From Dyella sp. (GTDB lineage Bacteria > Pseudomonadota > Gammaproteobacteria > Xanthomonadales > Rhodanobacteraceae), in NCBI GenBank assembly GCA_036495265.1, contig DASXND010000003.1, forward strand, positions 1 through 40,543: DNA of 40,543 nucleotides, read 5' to 3'. The position numbers were made by a program, and so were the translations under genes. The notes beneath the pieces were generated by a model. It was not told the origin of the DNA. It saw only the letters and a list, made by a program, of their open reading frames with translations, and searched no databases. Shown here one piece after another: positions 1-7,447 of the stretch (position 1 is the stretch's first letter; each line of letters opens with the position of its first letter).

Positions 1-710
1 TGCGGATGCACGTGCTTGGCCATGCCTTGCTGCATGGCCAGCGTCTTCATGCGCAGCTGCACGGTGCGTGGATTGATCGGGGCGCCGCCACGCCCCCGGA
101 ACACCGGGCTCTCCGGCGTCGTGCCTTCGTCTTCGCCCAGCGCCCTTAGCGCGGTAATGGCATGGCGCCCCACCGGCACGATGCGCGTCTTGTTGCCCTT
201 GCCCAGCACGCGCACCTCGCCGGCCGGCAAATCGAGGTCGATCCAGCGCAATCCAGTAAGTTCGGACAGGCGCAGCCCGGAGGAATAGAACAGCTCGAGC
301 ATGGCGCGATCACGCAAGGTCAGCGCCCCATCACCGACGGTTTCGATCAGGCTGGTCGCCTCATCCACATCGAGCACTTGCGGCAATTTGCGATGGACCT
401 TGGGGCCACGCACGCCGGCCACCGGGTCGTGCGTCATCTGGCCTTCGCGGTGCAACTGGCGAAACAGGCCGCGGCAGGACGACAACAGCCGCTGCAAGCT
501 CTTGGGCGCCAGCCCGCCACGATGCTCGGCGGCGATGAAGCTGCGCATGCGGTTGGGTTCGAGCGCGTCGAAGGCATCGATGCCCTGCGCTTCCATCCAG
601 CGCAGCAGCTTGGCCAAGTCGCGGCGATAGCCATCCACCGTATGCGCGGAGGCCTGGCGCTCGCTCGCCAGGCGGGCGAGCCAGGCGTCGACCTGCGCGC
701 GCGCGGACAC
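1..710 (-). CDS. xerC: Tyrosine recombinase XerC (3' end runs off the left edge)
   Basis: Not in the ORF track; translated by hand from GTG at 710: SARAQVDAWLARLASERQASAHTVDGYRRDL...RDRAMLELFYSSGLRLSEL...VLGKGNKTRIVP...KHVHP. These are XerC box motifs, in the usual position after dapF-DUF484. Confidence 0.95.
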   Translation of the reverse strand, partial: MSARAQVDAWLARLASERQASAHTVDGYRRDLAKLLRWMEAQGIDAFDALEPNRMRSFIAAEHRGGLAPKSLQRLLSSCRGLFRQLHREGQMTHDPVAGVRGPKVHRKLPQVLDVDEATSLIETVGDGALTLRDRAMLELFYSSGLRLSELTGLRWIDLDLPAGEVRVLGKGNKTRIVPVGRHAITALRALGEDEGTTPESPVFRGRGGAPINPRTVQLRMKTLAMQQGMAKHVHP

Positions 711-719
711 GGGGTGGGC

Positions 720-1403
720 TTACATGCCTTCCTGAGAACGACGCAGCGCGGCCGTGACCGTGGCCGCAATCATCTTCAGGAACAGCGTGCCCATGCCGGG
801 CTGGAAGTGATCCGGATCGGCACTGCCGATGGCGAGGATGCCGAACTCGCCCAGCGGCATGATGGCGGTGGAGCGGACCTCGGGCGCCTGATCGCCGAAC
901 AGGCGGTACAGCCGCTCGGCCGACAGGCGGCCGGCGACCGGCTCGTGATGGGACAGGAAGTCCGCAAACTCCGGCACGGCGGTGCGCCCGCCGGGAATAT
1001 TGATCAGCCAGGTGGCCGGCGCCAGTCCGACCGCGCCGAACAGCAGCAGGCGTACCTGATCGGTCTTGAAGTCTTCGGACAGGCGCGCCACCACGCTGCG
1101 GGCGGCGACGGCTGGCGTATTGGCGCGCAGCACGGCGACGTTGAGATCATGCACGCGCTGCATCAGGCGCTCATTTTCCGCCGCGATGGCGATCAGGCCG
1201 GCCAGTTGGCGTTCCAGCTCGGCGTTCTTCTCGCGCAGGCTCTGCAGCTGGTAGACCGCCAGCGAGGCCACCGGACCTTGTTCGCGCGGCAACGTCAGCT
1301 GGGCGGCTAGATCGGGGTAGTCGGCAAGGAATTCCGGGTGTCGGCGCAGGTAAGCCGCCACGTCGCTGGCGACTAGGGTCTCGGCGAGGGCGGTGTCTGA
1401 CAT
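720..1403 (-). CDS. DUF484 (YigA-like) family protein
   Basis: MSDTALAETL...VAAYLRRHPEFL...ASLAVYQLQSLRE...GILAIGSADPDHFQPGMGTLFL; lies between dapF and xerC. Start placed at ATG 1403. Confidence 0.9.
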   Translation of the reverse strand: MSDTALAETLVASDVAAYLRRHPEFLADYPDLAAQLTLPREQGPVASLAVYQLQSLREKNAELERQLAGLIAIAAENERLMQRVHDLNVAVLRANTPAVAARSVVARLSEDFKTDQVRLLLFGAVGLAPATWLINIPGGRTAVPEFADFLSHHEPVAGRLSAERLYRLFGDQAPEVRSTAIMPLGEFGILAIGSADPDHFQPGMGTLFLKMIAATVTAALRRSQEGM

Positions 1404-1494
1404 GCGCGGGTTACCTCTAAACCAGGGGGCAGGAACGATACGACGATGGCTGGAGTGTGCGATGGCGGGGCGTCGTCTTTCAACGTGCCATCCG

Positions 1495-2328
1495 TCAACC
1501 CAGCCACTCGCCCTCGAAGACAAACGCGGCGGGCCCGGTCATCCACAGGGTTTGGCCAGGGCCAGCCCACTCGATGGTCAGCTCGCCGCCAGGCAAGGCT
1601 ACACGCACGCGGTCGTCGACTTCGTCGCGCTGACGCATGACCGCCACGGCCGCGCAGGCGCCGGTGCCGCAGGCCAAGGTCCAGCCGCTGCCGCGTTCAT
1701 GCACGCGCAGGCGCAGCTGGCCGCGGTCCACCACCTCGACGAAGCCGGCGTTGGCCGCTTCCGGGAAGCGCTCGTGCGCGGTCAGCAACGGGCCTAGCCG
1801 GAACAGCGCCGGCGCATGCAGGTCCGGCACCAGGGCGACCGCATGCGGATTACCCAGCGAGACCGCGCCGATCATCAGCGTTTCATCGCCCACCTCGATG
1901 GCGTAACCATCGGCCTGGAGATCGGCGCGGAATGGAATCTCGCTCGGTGCGAACGAGGGCACGCCCATGTCCACGGTGACTTCATGGGCGTTGCTCAGGC
2001 GCACCGTCACCGGGCCCGAGGGGCTCTCCAGCCGCACGGTGTCGCCAATGGCCAGTTCGCCCGCCCGATGCAGCCACGCCGCCACACAGCGCACGCCGTT
2101 GCCGCACTGGCCCGAGGGCGAACCGTCGGCATTCCAGATGCCGTAATAGAACGCGCATGAGGGGTCGCGCGGCGGCTCGATGCTGATCAGCTGATCGAAT
2201 CCCACGCCCGTGCGTCGATCGGCGATGGCGCGGATCTGCGCCTCACGCAGCGAAAAAGCCTGATCACGGCAGTCCAGCATGACAAAGTCATTGCCGATGC
2301 CGTGCATTTTGGAAAAGCGCAGTTTCAT
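1495..2328 (-). CDS. dapF: Diaminopimelate epimerase
   Basis: FSKMHGIGNDF, NADGS..QCGNG.RC, GNPH and ERGSGWTLACGTGACA motifs, with both catalytic Cys. Confidence 0.97.
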   Translation of the reverse strand: MKLRFSKMHGIGNDFVMLDCRDQAFSLREAQIRAIADRRTGVGFDQLISIEPPRDPSCAFYYGIWNADGSPSGQCGNGVRCVAAWLHRAGELAIGDTVRLESPSGPVTVRLSNAHEVTVDMGVPSFAPSEIPFRADLQADGYAIEVGDETLMIGAVSLGNPHAVALVPDLHAPALFRLGPLLTAHERFPEAANAGFVEVVDRGQLRLRVHERGSGWTLACGTGACAAVAVMRQRDEVDDRVRVALPGGELTIEWAGPGQTLWMTGPAAFVFEGEWLG

Positions 2329-2350
2329 GAGGATACGCGGGCCGCGGACA

Positions 2351-2722
2351 TCACCGGAAAGTGCCACCGACGATGTGGCCGGTCGCATCCTGCTCGGGGA
2401 AGTAACGGCTGTTGTTGGTACGCATTTCCATCGTGGTCATGGTGTCTGGCATCACCAGCTGCACGTCCGGATAGGTCGCCAGGAACTGCGCCGGCGTCGG
2501 ATGGGTGGCGATAAAGGCGTCGAACGCCTTCATGTCCGTGACATAGCCGTGCACGGGGGCGGTCGCGCCGGCTGCCGGAGCGGCTGCCGCCGTGGGGTGG
2601 ACGGTAGCGGCCGCCGGAGCCGGTGTCGCCTTGGGCGGCATGTACAGCGGCCCCTTGTTGCCGCAGCCGGCGAGCAGGACAAAAGCGGTGCACAGCGGAA
2701 GCAGCAAGAGGGATGGGCGCAT
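2351..2722 (-). CDS. LppL/YifL(LptM)-type small lipoprotein with C-terminal extension
   Basis: Signal peptide, lipobox LAGC, then CGNKGPLYMPP (LppL/YifL motif CG.KGPLY.P); directly upstream of dapF. Pro/Ala linker and an extra ~65-aa domain follow. Confidence 0.8.
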   Translation of the reverse strand: MRPSLLLLPLCTAFVLLAGCGNKGPLYMPPKATPAPAAATVHPTAAAAPAAGATAPVHGYVTDMKAFDAFIATHPTPAQFLATYPDVQLVMPDTMTTMEMRTNNSRYFPEQDATGHIVGGTFR

Positions 2723-2874
2723 GGCATGGTTTCCGGCAAGGACCGTCGCAGTATAGGGAAGCCCCAAAAACGTGGCGAGCCAATCGTTTGAACGTACGTT
2801 TACGCATCGTGCCCCGGCAGGCTACCGTTATCATGCGGCCGTCGCCGCGAAGCTTGCGGTTGGGGAAGTAGAAG

Positions 2875-3558
2875 ATGGATTGGACCGCGCTGTTACGCCT
2901 GCCGTCGACGATCCTGCTGGTGCTGGCAGGTGTCGCCTTGATGTTTACCCTGGTGCAACTGGTGGCGCTGCGTCATTGCCTGCATCGAAGGCGGCGCCTG
3001 GCCGCCGCCGGACGAGCCGTTTTGTTGCTGGTGGCGTTCGCGCTCACCCTGGTGCTCACAGGCACCGGCTTCGCCTTGCGTGGCTACCGCCTACTGTCGG
3101 AGGAAACCCCGGTGGTGGAGATCGATGCCCGCATCCTGTCTCCCCAGCGCTGGGCACTGATCCTGCACTGGCCCGATGGCGCCATCCGCCAGGTGCAGGT
3201 GGCCGGCGATGCGTGGCGGGTGGAAGCGATCGTCTTGAAATGGAAGTCGCCCGCCATGCTGGCCGGCTTGCCGCCGCTTTACCGGCTCGATCGATTGTCA
3301 GGCCGCTATGACGACCCGGGGCAGGAGGCCACCGCGCTGCGCACCGTGATCGATTTTCGCGAAGCCGGCAGCTTCGACCTGCTCGACCTGCACAAACAGT
3401 ATCCGCAGTGGGTGCCTAATGTGGATGTGTTGTTCGGCAGTGGCGTATACCTGCCGCTGGTCGACCAGGGCCATTACACCGTCAGCCTGATGCGCACCGG
3501 CGCCCTGGTGGCGCGCCCGGATGAGGCCACGGCGCAGCGCATCGCGCAGCCTTTTTGA
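2875..3558 (+). CDS. Conserved hypothetical membrane protein (two N-terminal TM helices plus soluble domain)
   Basis: 227-aa ORF with hydrophobic N-terminus and GD.W...A...KW...YRL.RLSGRY...GS..YLP pattern; fills the gap divergently from the lipoprotein gene. Confidence 0.75.
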   Translation: MDWTALLRLPSTILLVLAGVALMFTLVQLVALRHCLHRRRRLAAAGRAVLLLVAFALTLVLTGTGFALRGYRLLSEETPVVEIDARILSPQRWALILHWPDGAIRQVQVAGDAWRVEAIVLKWKSPAMLAGLPPLYRLDRLSGRYDDPGQEATALRTVIDFREAGSFDLLDLHKQYPQWVPNVDVLFGSGVYLPLVDQGHYTVSLMRTGALVARPDEATAQRIAQPF

Positions 3559-3565
3559 TGGTCTT

Positions 3566-3696
3566 CCTCTCCCCTTGGGGGAGAGGATTGAGGTGAGGGG
3601 CGGGTGCTCGCGGTGAGCTACAAAAGAACCGGCTTTGAACCAGCGATACCGCAAGATTGACCCCTCACCCCAACCCTCTCCCCGGCGGGGAGAGGG
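3566..3696. repeat. MITE/REP-like element of the CCCTCTCCCC-N3-GGGGAGAGGG family (inverted doublet)
   Basis: cctctccccttgggggagaggattgaggtgagggg (3566-3600) and cccctcaccccaaccctctccccggcggggagaggg (3661-3696) are near reverse complements, each with an internal hairpin; between convergent genes. Confidence 0.8.
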
Positions 3697-3707
3697 AGTA
3701 AAGAGCG

Positions 3708-4181
3708 CTACCCCAGCTTTTTCTCATACCGCCACGCATCCGCCCCATCGCCGTAATAGCGCTCGTAATGGCCGATGCGCTGGTAGCCAAGGCGCTCATA
3801 CAGCCGGACGGCAGCATCGTTATCGGCGCGCACTTCCAGGCGTAGCGCATGACAGCGACGGCGCTTGGCGGCGTGCTCGGCGGCGTCCAGCAGGGCGGAG
3901 CCCACGCCCTTGCCGCGCGCGGTGGCGCTGGTGGCGATCGAATAGAGCCGCGCCACCCGGGCGCCCTTGCGGAAGAACACCACCGCGGTACCCAGGAAAC
4001 GCCGGTGATTGGCGCTGGCGACCAGTACCTGGGCCGTTTCGCTGTCCAGGTGGCGGCGATACTGCGCCCGACTCAGGCGGTCGGTGGCAAAGCTGGTTTC
4101 CTCGAGCGCGACGAGATCATCGAGATCGGAGAGTTCGGCACGGCGGACGCGCACGGCGGCGGTCGCGGGCATTGGGGTCAT
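3708..4181 (-). CDS. GNAT family N-acetyltransferase (RimI-like)
   Basis: RLYSIA...ARGKGVGSALL (acetyl-CoA motif A), LEVRADNDAAVRLYERLGY, YYGDGADA. Start at ATG 4181 or 4172. Confidence 0.9.
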   Translation of the reverse strand: MTPMPATAAVRVRRAELSDLDDLVALEETSFATDRLSRAQYRRHLDSETAQVLVASANHRRFLGTAVVFFRKGARVARLYSIATSATARGKGVGSALLDAAEHAAKRRRCHALRLEVRADNDAAVRLYERLGYQRIGHYERYYGDGADAWRYEKKLG

Positions 4182-4421
4182 CAGGGGCGATTCTCGTCGA
4201 GGACCGCCGGCGTGGACCGGAGCGGCGCGGGCGGAGGAAACCAAGCGCGGCACTCTAGCCCCCGGGTCCCCCCACGGCAATCATGACTTATGGAGCGTTT
4301 AAGCCAGCTTCAGTGGGAGACCTTGTGCGGCGCGAGCCATGTGCCACACTGCGCGCCTTGCGCTGTGCCGCCCCGTCTCCCCGCGTGACGACACTCCTCC
4401 GTTTCATCTGACAGAGGTGTC

Positions 4422-5906
4422 ATGACCCGGCTAGTCATTGTCGTCGAGAAGGCCTCCGACTGGAGTTCCTACTATCCGTCCGTCGACGTCGTTACCGCGA
4501 TGGACTACCTGCGCGAACCGGTCGGCGGCGACGACGAGCGCACGCACGTCATCAACCTCTGTCGCAGCTACAAGTACCTGGGTACGGGCTACTACGTGTC
4601 CTTGCTGGCCGAGGCCCGCGGGCACCGCGTGATGCCCTCCGTGCGCACGGTGAACGACCTGCGCCGACGATCGCTCTACGGCCTGGATATCGAGGACCTG
4701 AGCACCAAGCTCACCCATTTCCTGCCGGCCGGCGGCCGCGACACCACCGACTTCGGCATCCTGGTCTATTTCGGCCAGACGGCCTACCCCGCGTTGCAGG
4801 ATCTGGCGCGGCAGGTGTTCGAAATGTTTCCCTGCCCGCTGCTGCGCATCGAGTTCGAGCGCGATCGGGTATGGCAGGTCAGTGCGATCAAGCCGGTGGG
4901 CCTGCATAGCCTGATCGATGCGCAGGAAGACGCTTTCGCCGAGGAACTGGATCGCTTCAGCAAGAAGTTGTGGCGCAAGCCCAAGGCACGCAAGCAGTTC
5001 CGCTACGACATCGCCATGCTGGTGGACCCGGCCGAGCAGATGCCACCGTCGAACAAGAAGGCGTTGAAGTCCTTCATTGCCGCCGGTAAGGAACTGGGCA
5101 TCGAAGTCGACCCGTTCGGCAAGAACGACTATCAGCGTCTGGCCGAATACGACGGCCTGTTCATCCGTGAAACGACGGCCAGCGACAACCATACCTACCG
5201 CTTCGCGCATCGCGCCGAGAAGGAAGGCATGGTGGTGATGGACGACCCGACCTCGATCCTGCGCTGCACCAACAAGATCTTCCTCAACGACCTGATGGTG
5301 TCGCGCAAGCTCGCCGTGCCGCGCACGGAGATCCTCTATCGCGACGACAGCAAGGGTTTGAAGGAAGTGGCATCGAGGCTGGGCTATCCGCTGGTGCTGA
5401 AGATTCCCGACGGGTCCTTCTCGCGCGGCGTGGTGAAGGTGGAGAACGAGCAAGCCCTGGGCAAGGCCACCGCCGAACTGTTCCAGCACAGTGCCTTGTT
5501 GCTGGCGCAGGAATTCGTCTACACCGAGTTCGACTGGCGCATCGGTGTGCTCAACAACGAGGCGCTATACGCCTGCAAGTACTACATGTCGCGCGGCCAC
5601 TGGCAGATCTACAACCATGGCGCGAAGGGCGCGTCGAAATCGGGCGAATCGGAGACGATTCCCGTGCGTGATGCGCCGCCCGACGTGGTCAAGCTGGCGC
5701 TCAAGGCCACCCAGGCGGTCGGCGACGGCCTTTATGGCGTGGACCTCAAGCGTGTGGGTGGCAAGCCGGTGGTGATCGAAGTGAACGACAATCCGTCGAT
5801 TGATCACGGTGTGGAAGATGCCTATCTGGGCGAGGAACTGTATACACGCATCATGCAGGAGTTCCTGCGTCGCATGGAGCGTAAGCGTGCGGGGCTTGCC
5901 GACTGA
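4422..5906 (+). CDS. RimK-family ATP-grasp ligase with N-terminal RLAN domain
   Basis: N-terminal VINLCRSYKYLGTGYYVSLLAEARGH (RLAN); C-terminal ATP-grasp motifs CTNK, PLVLKIPDGSFSRGV, QEF, DWRIGV, YGVDLK, IEVNDNP; gagg RBS. Confidence 0.9.
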   Translation: MTRLVIVVEKASDWSSYYPSVDVVTAMDYLREPVGGDDERTHVINLCRSYKYLGTGYYVSLLAEARGHRVMPSVRTVNDLRRRSLYGLDIEDLSTKLTHFLPAGGRDTTDFGILVYFGQTAYPALQDLARQVFEMFPCPLLRIEFERDRVWQVSAIKPVGLHSLIDAQEDAFAEELDRFSKKLWRKPKARKQFRYDIAMLVDPAEQMPPSNKKALKSFIAAGKELGIEVDPFGKNDYQRLAEYDGLFIRETTASDNHTYRFAHRAEKEGMVVMDDPTSILRCTNKIFLNDLMVSRKLAVPRTEILYRDDSKGLKEVASRLGYPLVLKIPDGSFSRGVVKVENEQALGKATAELFQHSALLLAQEFVYTEFDWRIGVLNNEALYACKYYMSRGHWQIYNHGAKGASKSGESETIPVRDAPPDVVKLALKATQAVGDGLYGVDLKRVGGKPVVIEVNDNPSIDHGVEDAYLGEELYTRIMQEFLRRMERKRAGLAD

Positions 5907-6013
5907 GGGCAGTGACGATCCGGCGGCGCCTCCCTGCGCCGCCGCACCGTGACTTTGCGCGGAGTAGCTTCCGCGATCCACTGCCAAGTGAATTCGATGA
6001 GGGCCGCTGCGGC

Positions 6014-6268
6014 CTAGTTCCAGATCAGCCGGGAAGGGGTCTGCCGACGACGGCGCAGCGCGCTCAGCAACTGGCGTGGCAGCGCCGGTTCAAGCGCCAG
6101 CAGCACGATCAATGGCGCGCCGATCAACCAGAAAGCCGGGGTCCAGCCCAGCGACCGCGTATGTACCGGCACCAGGGTGGTCGCCAGCAAGGCGCCACCG
6201 GCCAGCAACCACAGCAGGGCGCCGCCGAGCAGGCGTTCATGATGGGCGGTATCGAGCTTCGGTCGCAT
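6014..6268 (-). CDS. Small hypothetical membrane protein (2 TM)
   Basis: MRPKLDTAHHERLLGGALLWLLAGG...WTPAFWLIGAPLIVLLAL with a basic tail; fills the gap between the RimK-like gene and aroE. Confidence 0.6.
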   Translation of the reverse strand: MRPKLDTAHHERLLGGALLWLLAGGALLATTLVPVHTRSLGWTPAFWLIGAPLIVLLALEPALPRQLLSALRRRRQTPSRLIWN

Positions 6269-6456
6269 GGCGGTGGTCCGTTCGTGTCGGGTGGACGCAC
6301 TCTGCACCGGCCCGATCTCAAAACCTGCGATGGCTGGCTGGAGGCCGCCTCGGAGGTCATGACGAGCGTCCGGGACGCTTGATCCCCGCTAAAATGGAGC
6401 ACTCGGACCAGCCGGGCATGGCCAGACGGTCAACCAAGCACGTCTAAGGAGTGCGC

Positions 6457-7287
6457 ATGAATGCAGGACAATTCGCGGTGTTTGGCCACCCCATCAGCCA
6501 TTCGCTGTCGCCGCAGATCCATCAGGCCTTCGCGCGCCAGTTCGGGCTGGAGCTGAGATACCTCACCATCGATGCCGCGCCCATAGATTTCGAATCGGCG
6601 GTGCGCGAGTTCTTCGCTGAGGGTGGCCGTGGCGCCAACGTCACCTTGCCGCACAAGACCGCTGCCTTCGCCATGGCGGATGAACGCAGCGAGGCTGCCA
6701 AGCGTGCGCGTAGCGCCAATGTGCTCACTTCCCTGCCCGGTGGCCGGATCGCCGCCCACAACACCGACGGCGCCGGCATGGTGCGCGACATCACCGAGCG
6801 CCACAGCGTTGACCTGCGCGGTCATACCGCCTTGCTGCTCGGTGCGGGCGGTGCCGCCCAGGGCGTGGCCTGGGCACTGCTCGACGCCGGCGTGGAAACC
6901 CTGACCATCGTCAACCGCTCGCCTCAAGCGGCCGATGCGCTGGCCGACGCCATCGGCGACCCGGCGCGCGCGCATTCGCGTTATTGGGAAGACCTGGCCG
7001 GGCTGGGCGCGTTCGACATGATCGTCCATGCCACCTCGGCGGGCGTACTCGGCAAGTCGCTCGACTTGCCCTTCGCCATCGTTGGCAATCGCGCACTCTG
7101 CTACGACCTCTCCTACGGCAACGCGGCCACGGGCTTCCTGGCCTGGGCGCGAACCGCCGGTGCGCGCTACGCCTTCGATGGCCTCGGCATGCTGGTGGAA
7201 ACCGCCGCCGACACGTTCGAGCTGTGGCATGGCCGTCGCCCGGATACCGATCCCGTCTACGCCGAACTGCGCAAGCAATACGCTTGA
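6457..7287 (+). CDS. aroE: Shikimate dehydrogenase
   Basis: GHPISHSLSPQIH, GANVTLPHK, NTDG, GAGGAA, NRS, DLSY, DGLGMLVE; aagga RBS. Confidence 0.97.
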   Translation: MNAGQFAVFGHPISHSLSPQIHQAFARQFGLELRYLTIDAAPIDFESAVREFFAEGGRGANVTLPHKTAAFAMADERSEAAKRARSANVLTSLPGGRIAAHNTDGAGMVRDITERHSVDLRGHTALLLGAGGAAQGVAWALLDAGVETLTIVNRSPQAADALADAIGDPARAHSRYWEDLAGLGAFDMIVHATSAGVLGKSLDLPFAIVGNRALCYDLSYGNAATGFLAWARTAGARYAFDGLGMLVETAADTFELWHGRRPDTDPVYAELRKQYA

Positions 7288-7447
7288 ACGTGGACGCGCG
7301 CTGCCTGACGCTTTCTTCACGACCCTGTTCACAGAACTACGCGCTAGGGGAATGACGGACGGCTGGACGTCCCTGTGCTGAAGACGCCGCGCCGGGGCGC
7401 GTGCTAGCGTGCGCGGCGCGGGGGGCACATCGCGGGGAGTGAACGTC

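Noticed and set aside
1-710. Tyrosine recombinase as a phage or island integrase
   Set aside because: Sequence and dapF-DUF484 context identify housekeeping XerC; no att site or cargo genes.
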